A stretch of DNA of 63,208 nt, taken from a virus. Its lineage: Duplodnaviria > Heunggongvirae > Uroviricota > Caudoviricetes. Positions 37,893 to 47,029 of this stretch are shown piece after piece. The notes beneath the pieces were generated by a model. That model was not told the origin of the DNA. It saw only the letters and a list, made by a program, of their open reading frames with translations, and did not search any database. The DNA lies in the IMG/VR virus record IMGVR_UViG_3300031134_000612. One strand, written 5' to 3'. Numbering within the stretch: the first letter of the stretch is position 1; every line of letters starts with the position of its first letter. The translations under genes and the position numbers were made by a program.

Positions 37893-38273
37893 TTACTGTG
37901 TTTTAACTGATTCATCAAGTGGTGCTTTGTGTGCTGGTTGCTCTGCACGCGGATGTTCACCTTTTTTGTGACCTTTCATTTCATGACGTTGCTGCTTCAT
38001 TGTAGCAAGCTTAGCTTTTTGTTCTGGTGTCAAGACTGCTTCAAACTCTGCTTTTTCGGCCTCTCTATTAGATTGTCCTTTCGCTTTGAGTTCAGCCAAC
38101 TTAGCTTTTTGTGCGTCACTCAAGCCTAGTTCTTCTGCAAATTTTGCTTCATGTTTAGCTCTCATTTCGGCTCTATCAACACCACCTTCTTTTTTAACTT
38201 CTGGTGTTCCAGCCATCGCCATTGAGAACGGAAGTAATGAAGCAAGGATAATTGATACTGTTAATTTTTTCAT
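37893..38273 (-). CDS. Spy/CpxP-family (LTxxQ) periplasmic chaperone-like protein
   Basis: Signal peptide; LGLSDAQKAKL and VLTPEQKAKL motifs. Confidence 0.75.
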   Translation of the reverse strand: MKKLTVSIILASLLPFSMAMAGTPEVKKEGGVDRAEMRAKHEAKFAEELGLSDAQKAKLAELKAKGQSNREAEKAEFEAVLTPEQKAKLATMKQQRHEMKGHKKGEHPRAEQPAHKAPLDESVKTQ

Positions 38274-38400
38274 AAATATAACTCCTAAATTGTCTTATTA
38301 GTTATACTAGCAGAAAAAATGACGAACGGAAGTGGAAGAAGTGAAAGGTTTGTGTAAATTTTTTGAAGCTTTAAAATAACAAAACCTGCTGATGCAGGTC

Positions 38401-38928
38401 TTATTTTGTATTAAAAGCGATTATTTTAAAGTATTTTTCTGGATGGAATAATTCAAGATATGAGTAGTCAACTGTTTTGATGTATTGTGAACGATTTGAG
38501 TTTTCGCACATCGCACCAAAATGTTTATAGTCTTCAACCTTAGATTGACTGAAATCAAAAGGACGGCTCATACAATCATAGACAGAACCAATCATATACA
38601 AACGACGCTCAGTTTCTTTCATCCCAACAACAGAACGGCACATAAATCTAAAATCTTTACTTTCCACTTTTACAGTGTAGACCGTGTTGTTATCATCATC
38701 GGCTGAATAGTAATCACCCAATACGGTGCATGGGGCACTTTCGACAGTGAAATCATAATCTTCAAACACTTTCAACTGTTCAGGAGTTACATAGTCAAAT
38801 TCAGCAATCAACGTGCCATCGTTGACCAAATACTTCACACCACCTAGTTTTTCAGCGTCAGTCATGACAGGATTTGCATACGAAAAACCTGAAAAAATAG
38901 CGATTAAAAATATAAGAGTTTGCTTCAT
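38401..38928 (-). CDS. Secreted hypothetical protein
   Basis: Signal peptide MKQTLIFLIAIFSGFSYA; 4 Cys. Confidence 0.65.
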   Translation of the reverse strand: MKQTLIFLIAIFSGFSYANPVMTDAEKLGGVKYLVNDGTLIAEFDYVTPEQLKVFEDYDFTVESAPCTVLGDYYSADDDNNTVYTVKVESKDFRFMCRSVVGMKETERRLYMIGSVYDCMSRPFDFSQSKVEDYKHFGAMCENSNRSQYIKTVDYSYLELFHPEKYFKIIAFNTK

Positions 38929-38976
38929 GTTGTTTCTCCAAGATTTCATAAATAATACCATAAAGTACAGAAAAAA

Positions 38977-39459
38977 TCAAGCATATTTCAATAGATAATT
39001 CTTGAATTTAAACTCTAAATCTTGTGTATTATTGTCCAACGTGGTCTTCATATTAATGAGTTTTTCAAGTTCATTTTTTCGTACAACAGAAAGACCTAAA
39101 ACTAATTCATTCGGACTTGGAATTCGTCTCCATTTAGAATGAACATTATCAATATTGACAACAAAACTAATGACATCAGTAGATACTTTATTCCAGCAAT
39201 CCCACAATGATTTATTAGGGAACATCTGATATTTATAAATCTTGTCCCACTTTTCAAAAGTAGGTTCATTCAAATACGATAAAATCTCTCTTTGTTTTTT
39301 TACTGACAACTTTGAACCATCATTCATATGACAGGACGAAAAAATAGTGCGGTCAGCATGTTGATTAAACATTTCAATACGTTTACCAATCAAGCTTGCA
39401 TTTTTTAATAGATTTTGATGTTGGTTGATTACTTTAAAATCAGGAAATTTATAAATCAT
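38977..39459 (-). CDS. Hypothetical protein
   Basis: 160-aa ORF; NEPTFEKWD..SLWDCW segment. Confidence 0.65.
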   Translation of the reverse strand: MIYKFPDFKVINQHQNLLKNASLIGKRIEMFNQHADRTIFSSCHMNDGSKLSVKKQREILSYLNEPTFEKWDKIYKYQMFPNKSLWDCWNKVSTDVISFVVNIDNVHSKWRRIPSPNELVLGLSVVRKNELEKLINMKTTLDNNTQDLEFKFKNYLLKYA

Positions 39460-39468
39460 ACAATGTCC

Positions 39469-39861
39469 TTACTTCTGCACGCAAAAGAGTTGTTCAGGCT
39501 TAGACAATCGACTCTCAGAACCATTCCGAAAGACAGTTGAATAAGTATATTGAATATTATCAGCCTTCACAAGTGTATCATCCAGTTTAGGTTTAATCAC
39601 ACAAGATGACAATTTAAGTGCATAAGTGGTTTCATTATCTTTAAAACGATAGTAGACATTGTAACGACCATCTACATTCTGTTTGGTGACTTTAAGGATA
39701 TGAAGTTCAACGGGTGTGGTGGAAACAATAGTTTCTTTATAGGTTGAAAGATATCCAACGAAATAGCCAACAAACCCCAAGAAGATAAGTATAGTGACAA
39801 TGAGCATTGCCATCGGTTTGCTAAACAGTGCAGTTTTAAGCGATTCTTTCAAAATTGACAT
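39469..39861 (-). CDS. Single-pass membrane protein
   Basis: N-terminal TM helix; GGAG RBS. Confidence 0.65.
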   Translation of the reverse strand: MSILKESLKTALFSKPMAMLIVTILIFLGFVGYFVGYLSTYKETIVSTTPVELHILKVTKQNVDGRYNVYYRFKDNETTYALKLSSCVIKPKLDDTLVKADNIQYTYSTVFRNGSESRLSKPEQLFCVQK

Positions 39862-39910
39862 AATACTAATCTCCAAAATTTGTGTTAGTATTATATCAAA
39901 ATGAGCTTAA

Positions 39911-40888
39911 TTAAGCAACAGATTTTAATGATAGCTTGAGCCTTTTGTCGCAACGAGAATGCATTTCAGCAAACAGTTTTAATGTAAAGTCAGCATCATT
40001 TCCACTGTTATGCATGTTTGAAGGTTCAATATCAAAAAGATGCAACATACGTTTCAAAGTAAACGCATCCCCTTGTTCTGGACTAAAATATTTCTTGTAG
40101 TAAAGAATAGTATCCATGATTTTCATCTTTTCTTCTTGTTCCATATCCAAGCCATACTTACGGAGAATCAAATAGTCATTACTATGACCATGAAGCAAAA
40201 GGTAATCCGCTTCTACCAGATGAGCTTTAATAACGTCAGCAATAGCGGCTTCTGGGATAATACTCGTTTCACCAAAGTTAAACTTAAACTGGAGTTCAGG
40301 TTTTGTTTTCTTTTTGACATAGTTTTCATCAATCAAATAATGATAGCTAGATTGTTTTCCATTTTCATAGACAGAAATTCCAATCTCAAAGATGTCCAGA
40401 TTAATGTATTCAAAGTCAATCGACACTGTTTTTTTCTTGTGAAAGTTTTTATCATGGTCGTTGTAAATACGTGAACGCAAGATCTCTTTCTTCACTGCAG
40501 CTTCACGAAGCGATTCTTTTTTCAAGCGGATAATTTTCTGAATATGCTCTTGACGCATATGATCTTTAATAATCGCCGTTACATCTTGTGGGTTCTTGAT
40601 TTTGAATTTGGTAAATTCATCTTCATTGAACACGCAAGCTTCCTTGGAGATTTCTTCAAGGCTTGTGTGCTTACCAAACTTCATTTTGGAAAACAACTGA
40701 ATTTTTGACAAGCCATCTTCATCAATCAAGATAGAATTGATGTGTTGAGTGCTCATGTACAAATTTTCAATATGAAGGTTTGAAAAAAGACTTTGTAGAT
40801 GAAAGAATGGAGCAGCAATTTTCCTGAGTTCAGGAGAAAACTGCTTCATAAAGACATCTTTGATTGAGTAAATTCGATATAGGTTCAT
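39911..40888 (-). CDS. DEDDh-family exonuclease-domain protein (paralog 2)
   Basis: VSIDFEY, LHGHSND, MHNSGNDADFT. Confidence 0.8.
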   Translation of the reverse strand: MNLYRIYSIKDVFMKQFSPELRKIAAPFFHLQSLFSNLHIENLYMSTQHINSILIDEDGLSKIQLFSKMKFGKHTSLEEISKEACVFNEDEFTKFKIKNPQDVTAIIKDHMRQEHIQKIIRLKKESLREAAVKKEILRSRIYNDHDKNFHKKKTVSIDFEYINLDIFEIGISVYENGKQSSYHYLIDENYVKKKTKPELQFKFNFGETSIIPEAAIADVIKAHLVEADYLLLHGHSNDYLILRKYGLDMEQEEKMKIMDTILYYKKYFSPEQGDAFTLKRMLHLFDIEPSNMHNSGNDADFTLKLFAEMHSRCDKRLKLSLKSVA

Positions 40889-40952
40889 AATTAATATTCT
40901 TTAACTGTATAGCATTATTATACTAAAATTATCAATTAATTACAACCTTAAT

Positions 40953-41960
40953 TTACAGGGTATGTGAAGTTTTTGCTCGTTTAACTTTTTGATTAGATAC
41001 TGTTAGGCCATTTTCAATGGCATGATCCATCTTCATAAGAAGTTCTAAGGTATAATGAGCATCATTACCCGCATTATGTAAATGTTTATAATCGACATTA
41101 AAGCGATTAAGAATATCCAACAATGTAGAATTATCTTGACTGTTATTATTAAAATACTTCGGATAAAAATGATAAGTATCCAAGACTTTAAGATTTGGAA
41201 AATCTTCCAGTTTAATGTTAAAACGATTTAAGAGAGCTATATCATTATAGCCACCATGAAGAAGCAAGTAATCAGCCTGAGCAAGATACTGTGTCAGTGT
41301 ATTCACCATTGTGTGAGTAGAAACAATATTGGTTTCACCAAACTGAAATTGAAACTGATTATCACGACTTCCAGTTTTAAGGCTAGCAATCAGGTATTTA
41401 TCAAAGATTTCACCATTGTCGGCTACACTTAAACCCAACTCATAAATTTGTTCTTGGTCATATTCAAAGTCGAGTGAAAGCACTTTACTGGTTTTTATAT
41501 CAGTAGGGAAATCTTCCATCATGATAGAACTGAAATAAGATTTACGTTCTTTATCAATACGAACAGCTTCCTTTTTCAATGAAATTAACTGTTGAATACT
41601 TTCATTCATGTAATGATTTTCGACAATCTCGTTATAATTAACGGGATAGCTATCTACTTTGTAAACATGATATTGTGCTGGATCGAATTCATCAGCAAAC
41701 TTCATGACTTTATGAGCCGCAATGTTTTGATTAAATTTTAGGTTGAAATTCAAGACGTGTTTCATCATATCGTCTTCATTAACAAGGAACGAAGTCATGT
41801 AATGATTTTCGAAAAACATTTCTTTCATTTCATAACGATCAACCATATAGCTAGGCGAAAAGAAGTCTGAGACTTCTTTCCTAGCTTCAGTCGTAATGTA
41901 GGGTTTATTGTATTTAGAAACAACATAGTTTCTAATTGCGTCTAGCCTATATAATAACAT
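40953..41960 (-). CDS. DEDDh-family exonuclease-domain protein (paralog 3)
   Basis: LSLDFEY, LHGGYND, LHNAGNDAHYT. Confidence 0.8.
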   Translation of the reverse strand: MLLYRLDAIRNYVVSKYNKPYITTEARKEVSDFFSPSYMVDRYEMKEMFFENHYMTSFLVNEDDMMKHVLNFNLKFNQNIAAHKVMKFADEFDPAQYHVYKVDSYPVNYNEIVENHYMNESIQQLISLKKEAVRIDKERKSYFSSIMMEDFPTDIKTSKVLSLDFEYDQEQIYELGLSVADNGEIFDKYLIASLKTGSRDNQFQFQFGETNIVSTHTMVNTLTQYLAQADYLLLHGGYNDIALLNRFNIKLEDFPNLKVLDTYHFYPKYFNNNSQDNSTLLDILNRFNVDYKHLHNAGNDAHYTLELLMKMDHAIENGLTVSNQKVKRAKTSHTL

Positions 41961-42034
41961 TAAATTCAACCTTCTATATCTTATATAGGCATTATAACAC
42001 AAACATTAAAAATATGAAAGGTTAAAAACCTGAC

Positions 42035-42274
42035 TTAGACAGCAACAGCTTGTTCTGGAAAATACGTTTCAATATCCTTACGAAGAACATAAGAAACTTT
42101 ACCCGCTACGGTTATTGCGACGACTTCTTTACGCTTAGTTGGACGAATGCGTTCAAACAATGCAAGGTTGATAAAATTATCTTCTTTGTATTGCGGATCA
42201 GATTCACCATCACCAACGGAGCCAGTGTAAGAAACTTCTTGAATTAAAATCGGTTGAAAATTAGGTTGATTCAT
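42035..42274 (-). CDS. Small hypothetical protein
   Basis: AGGAG RBS, own promoter-like sequence. Confidence 0.6.
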   Translation of the reverse strand: MNQPNFQPILIQEVSYTGSVGDGESDPQYKEDNFINLALFERIRPTKRKEVVAITVAGKVSYVLRKDIETYFPEQAVAV

Positions 42275-42377
42275 ATAAACTCCTTGGTTATGTTTATAAC
42301 CGAGGATTATAGCATTTACTCTAAAAATATCAATATCTTTTTAATAAATAATATAACCATCGGATTAATTAGTTTGA

Positions 42378-43121
42378 TTAATAGTTTTGGTGATACTGGA
42401 CATAAGCAAGCCTAACGGTTACTGAACCTTTGCCATATGCTTTTTCAATTGTTTTAATACCTAGTTTACACACACTTGTTAGTTTAAATTGCTCAACCAA
42501 TTCATCAAACTCAGAGTTTTCAATAAAAACGCAAGCTGATTGATTTGATTTACTGGAATAACTTTCAAGTAGCTTACGTGCTTTCTTTTCAGGTATCGAA
42601 CTGTAAACATCTTTATCAATGTGGGTTCTATTCTTTTTACCACACTCATCGCAATAATCATATTCAAAATAAGTGAATTCATCAAATGACTCACAATCTT
42701 TGTTCTTGCAGTATTTACCTAACTCAACATGAGCCAAAATACCATAATTAAACTCATCTTCATTAAAAAATGGGGCATAGACGGCTTCATCATCCGCTAA
42801 TGAAATAGCGTCATTATACATGGTTAGTCCGTTAGAGTGACTTTTACTGATAGGAACGTAGTGATTGTCAAAGGTGTCATCTAATGTGAGAGGGTAGACT
42901 TCATATCGCTCCCCCGTATTAGCACTGATGTAATCAATTTTATGACCACACTTGACACAATAGTTTTGAAAACCGCGATTATCTTTTCCATGTTCTTTGC
43001 ACTTTTGATTAGTGCATGTATGAATTTTTCGTTTTTCATCTTTGTATTGAATGGATTGTTTTTTAACAAAAAGAACTGGCCCAACGTAATTGACAAGGTA
43101 TTCTAAGTTTCTATCCGACAT
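42378..43121 (-). CDS. Protein with two putative Cys4 zinc ribbons
   Basis: CTNQKC..CVKC and CKNKDC..CDEC; GGAG RBS. Confidence 0.65.
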   Translation of the reverse strand: MSDRNLEYLVNYVGPVLFVKKQSIQYKDEKRKIHTCTNQKCKEHGKDNRGFQNYCVKCGHKIDYISANTGERYEVYPLTLDDTFDNHYVPISKSHSNGLTMYNDAISLADDEAVYAPFFNEDEFNYGILAHVELGKYCKNKDCESFDEFTYFEYDYCDECGKKNRTHIDKDVYSSIPEKKARKLLESYSSKSNQSACVFIENSEFDELVEQFKLTSVCKLGIKTIEKAYGKGSVTVRLAYVQYHQNY

Positions 43122-43233
43122 GATAACTCCCAAATATGAAAATGAGTTCATCAGCCTTAGAAAAGGCCGATAGAACAATCATTATGAAAAGATAAGATAT
43201 CAAAAAATAGCTGGATTGTCAATTAAATCACAA

Positions 43234-43542
43234 TCAAACTAATTCTTGAAGAGAATTAAGAAAATTAGCAAAGAACTCACCATGACAGTCAGTGATATCC
43301 GTTGCAAAGGCTTCTTGATCGGTGCGGCATTTTTTACAGCTACACCCTAGTTTTTTACCACGCAATGACAATACATCGGCTCTAAACTCTTTGTCAAGAA
43401 TAAGCTTTTTAGAGATTTCATATTCAAAGGCATACATAGATTGTTCTAGGGTGTACTCACCTGTATAAATACTGAATGGGTTACCAAATTTAGATCCGCG
43501 ACCAATATAGACATCAAAACGCTCTAAGTCTTTGTTAACCAC
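43234..43542 (-). CDS. DUF4326-family protein
   Basis: DVYIGRGSKFGNPF, LRGKKLGCSC, CHG; GTG start overlaps the NADAR stop. Confidence 0.85.
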   Translation of the reverse strand: MVNKDLERFDVYIGRGSKFGNPFSIYTGEYTLEQSMYAFEYEISKKLILDKEFRADVLSLRGKKLGCSCKKCRTDQEAFATDITDCHGEFFANFLNSLQELV

Positions 43543-44102
43543 TAAGGTTGGAATCTTGACTTTTTTTTTAACATCTTTGCGATTTCTGGTTTGTAGTCAA
43601 GCAAGTCTTTACCTTCTTGAAGTTCTTTACGAAGTTTCATCACAATTAATCCAAGGTTGTTAAAGCCCTCACCCGAGGGTAAAGCACCCCAGAACACATC
43701 ACCCCAACTGTTGGTTTCTTCAATAAAGATATCACGAGTTGCCAATAAGAGTTCTTTAAACTTTGGTTGTGAAAACTTACGGCGAAGTGCAAACTCCATC
43801 ACTTCCAGTTTAATGTAATCCCAATCATCACGAACAACGAATTTTAGGTTATGCGATGAAGCATAACGTTTGGATTTGTTAGCGGGCATGGAAGCAATAA
43901 GAACACGTTCAGCCTTGTCCTTAGTTTTCATAGCTTGGTAGTAGTTTTCTGTAGTGAAGTAAAGAACACCATCGTATTCAAAGGGTTCAATAGGAAAAAA
44001 GTTAGACAGCCAACGGAAATCGCCTGAAAATCCACGGATTTCAGAAATTGTTGAAGCTTTTTCCAACATTAGTTTCTCAGCCATTTCTTCTGCTTCAAAC
44101 AT
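43542..44102 (-). CDS. NADAR (YbiA/DUF1768) family hydrolase
   Basis: WLSNFF, TENYYQAMK, WDYIKLEVM..KFSQ, WGDVFWG, NNLGLIVMKLR. Confidence 0.9.
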   Translation of the reverse strand: MFEAEEMAEKLMLEKASTISEIRGFSGDFRWLSNFFPIEPFEYDGVLYFTTENYYQAMKTKDKAERVLIASMPANKSKRYASSHNLKFVVRDDWDYIKLEVMEFALRRKFSQPKFKELLLATRDIFIEETNSWGDVFWGALPSGEGFNNLGLIVMKLRKELQEGKDLLDYKPEIAKMLKKKSRFQP

Positions 44103-44176
44103 AAATCACCCCAAAAGTTTATCTTAATATTATAGCACAAATAAATAACAAACGGAAGTTTATTTAGTGCTTTTTT

Positions 44177-44800
44177 TCAAATTTTTAGCATTTCAATGAC
44201 TTTAAAACTGTCCTGATTAATGTGAGTGATCGGAATGTTCATCATACGAAATTCTTCCGATGATAATGACGTATATTTACCATGCTGCTCAATAACCAGA
44301 AAACCACCAAATTTAACATGCCCCATAGTAGGTTGTGTCAAGCTATCTTTAAAAGTTTGTAGTTGATTAGCTGACATCGCTTGGAAGCTTGAATTAGGCA
44401 TGCCAAAGAATACAGTTAATCCATCCTGTTTAAAGAAATAAGTGTTAGACACTTGATCAGTTGAACAAAAATTACGAATTTTGAAGTTAAGAAAAAATAA
44501 CGATTCCAAAGTAAAAGGATTAAAGTTTGGATCTGTTTTCGATTTAAACAAAATGTAAGGCAGCTTAACAATGTCGCCAAGACACATGATAACCAAAAGA
44601 ACCAGTGTAACCGCTAGGAAATAAGTCAAGTAATAACCATCGTCACTTAAATACTGAATTAACGACAAACCAGCCAACAACAAAACAGGTGAGACACGTT
44701 TCAGTATACGCAGATTATTCAAAGATTTTGGATATTTGTACTCAGAAAGAGCATGAATACAAAGTACAATTCCTGTCAGGATAACCATCAAAAAAAACAT
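44177..44800 (-). CDS. Membrane protein (3 TM), MxxI family
   Basis: Paralog of 44884..45489; ends SFKVIEMLKI*. Confidence 0.7.
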   Translation of the reverse strand: MFFLMVILTGIVLCIHALSEYKYPKSLNNLRILKRVSPVLLLAGLSLIQYLSDDGYYLTYFLAVTLVLLVIMCLGDIVKLPYILFKSKTDPNFNPFTLESLFFLNFKIRNFCSTDQVSNTYFFKQDGLTVFFGMPNSSFQAMSANQLQTFKDSLTQPTMGHVKFGGFLVIEQHGKYTSLSSEEFRMMNIPITHINQDSFKVIEMLKI

Positions 44801-44883
44801 AGCTGCTACCTCACCATTTAATAATTAGGTATTTATTTTAACACAAATTCAATCACCTATCAATTATTATAATACTAAAATCA

Positions 44884-45489
44884 TTAAATTTTGAGCATGC
44901 GTAGTACATCAAAATGATTTTTATCAAGATTAAAAACGTCAACACCTACCAGTGCTAAATCATCAGATGAAACTGAAACATAATTATCACCACAATTAAG
45001 AACCAAGAAATCTTTAAATGAAATATTTTTTGATTTTTCGTCTTTAATATTCTCTTTAAATCGATCAAGATAAGACTCATGTAGCGATTGAAAGTTATCA
45101 CTGGAAATATCAAAATAAATGTTGATACCATTATGTTTAAAGAAATAGATGTTGGGATTTAGACTTCTCATTTTAAGTCGAGTAAACAACAAACCATAAA
45201 TTTGAATATCTTTTTTATCAACTTTTTTTGTAATCACTAAATAGGCAATAATGCTTAAAATACAAACAGCATGTAATAGATCCCATCCAATAAAAGAAAT
45301 TGACACAATACTCATGACAAAACCATCAAAATAAAAGTATTCAGCAAACGCCAAAACCATTAAAATACATTGCCCCGTCAGCTTTCTAAAAATATAAGCA
45401 TTGGTGAGTTGCGAAGCGAATTTATAATTATACAGCAAATAAATCGGCAAACCGATGAGTAGAAAAATAAGATAAATTTCAATGGACAT
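44884..45489 (-). CDS. Membrane protein (3 TM), MxxI family
   Basis: Shared YFFK.DG..(V/I)(F/Y)F block; ends HFDVLRMLKI*. Confidence 0.7.
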   Translation of the reverse strand: MSIEIYLIFLLIGLPIYLLYNYKFASQLTNAYIFRKLTGQCILMVLAFAEYFYFDGFVMSIVSISFIGWDLLHAVCILSIIAYLVITKKVDKKDIQIYGLLFTRLKMRSLNPNIYFFKHNGINIYFDISSDNFQSLHESYLDRFKENIKDEKSKNISFKDFLVLNCGDNYVSVSSDDLALVGVDVFNLDKNHFDVLRMLKI

Positions 45490-45546
45490 TAAAAAAGCCT
45501 CTATAAAAAGATGGCTTAGTTTAACATAGTTAGCATTTAATTACAA

Positions 45547-45930
45547 TCAATTACGTGGTGTACCAGTAGGCACTAACCAGTAACTGCTATTTTCATAGGT
45601 AGCTTTATAGACAGCTTTCTTAACGCCTCTGAAAGATTCAGGGAATTCATCAGTGATAGGGAAAATAACAAGATCACCTGTTTTCCTTACTTTATCTTTA
45701 TCTACAATTTTACATTTCGATTGTTTAATAGAATTAGAGAGTATCAAGGCTTGTTGCACTTTACTGTTTGCAGTGAAACCCATTTTAACAAGTCGAGTGG
45801 CTTCTTCTTGTTGATAGCAAATCACTTCCTGTCCTTTTATTTCATGTAAGTTATACATTGTTGTGTTGACCTGATTACTGGAACAGCCAGCCAATAAGAC
45901 CAAAACAGACCCGCCGATTATATTTTTCAT
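45547..45930 (-). CDS. Lipoprotein
   Basis: Lipobox LLAGC at residues 12-16. Confidence 0.75.
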   Translation of the reverse strand: MKNIIGGSVLVLLAGCSSNQVNTTMYNLHEIKGQEVICYQQEEATRLVKMGFTANSKVQQALILSNSIKQSKCKIVDKDKVRKTGDLVIFPITDEFPESFRGVKKAVYKATYENSSYWLVPTGTPRN

Positions 45931-46201
45931 TCCATTAATAATATAGTTGTTTATTTCATATTATCATTACTGTTATAAAATAAAAGCGATTTACAAAAAA
46001 TAAAATGTAGCCTTAACTGTTGAAAAGTTCAAAATATAATGTAAATTTAAAGAATGCAACTGATATTTGCACGCTCGATAGTCATAGGCATAATTCGTTT
46101 GAATATTATCATTAACATCACATTACATAATTCCAACCAAAAAAGTCGGTTGGCGTTTGCTATCACGACATAATCGACTTATATAATTGGAGGAATTTAC
46201 C

Positions 46202-47029
46202 ATGAACTACATTACTATTGCCGATCTCAAAAAACAGGCAAAGAAAGAAAGAAAAAATAACAACTCAATCAAAAATCATGCGGACTCATTGAATCTTGTT
46301 GCAAAACAAAATAATTTCGATAGCTGGTCAGATCTCATTGATAAATCAGTCATCTTAAAAAAAGAGACTATATATACTCAGGCAGAACGATTAAATATGT
46401 TGAAAACCTTTATCAATGACGCCACGCTTAATCTAAACGAGTTAACAACTATTTTTAAAATAGAAAATCATGATGTGTTATCCATAAAAATGACAAAAAA
46501 TTTTATAGATCCAGTAGAAGATTATAGTGGTGACTTACTTTGGAGAGACAGAGCTATCTCATGGCTAGACAAATTATGTTTCATTTTTATTAAATCTGAT
46601 GTTCCAAAAACATTTCAAGGATTTCGCAGTATGATGAGCTTTCCTGATTTATTAAAAATCATTTATCGAAACCATTTACAACACGAAGAACAAGTTAAAA
46701 ATTTATTCGATATGATGTATTATGAGTATGATTTAGAAAAAATTAAAGAACCTGAATACGATGTTTTACAGCAATATGGTTATTGCTCAATGCAGGCAAC
46801 AGGCAGATTTGGATTTACTGAAAATTTGTTTAAATTTATTAATCTAAACGAAAACATAACAAAAGATCATGTAAAAAATATGATTATGCACAATACAGCA
46901 TTATTTACGATGACACTTTCTAGTCGTACCAATATGTTAGATCCCTATAAAATTTTTAAAAGGTATCGAGATTCATTTGACAATGAAAGTGAATTTAAGC
47001 ATACATTAAGGAATGACTTATATCCATGA
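46202..47029 (+). CDS. Helical N-domain fused to a DotL/IcmO-like helical domain
   Basis: LKKQAKK..SLNLVAK..FDSWSDL N-terminus; GDLLWRDRAISW and LQQYGYCSMQ resemble type IVB coupling-protein motifs as recalled; no Walker A. Confidence 0.5.
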   Translation: MNYITIADLKKQAKKERKNNNSIKNHADSLNLVAKQNNFDSWSDLIDKSVILKKETIYTQAERLNMLKTFINDATLNLNELTTIFKIENHDVLSIKMTKNFIDPVEDYSGDLLWRDRAISWLDKLCFIFIKSDVPKTFQGFRSMMSFPDLLKIIYRNHLQHEEQVKNLFDMMYYEYDLEKIKEPEYDVLQQYGYCSMQATGRFGFTENLFKFINLNENITKDHVKNMIMHNTALFTMTLSSRTNMLDPYKIFKRYRDSFDNESEFKHTLRNDLYP

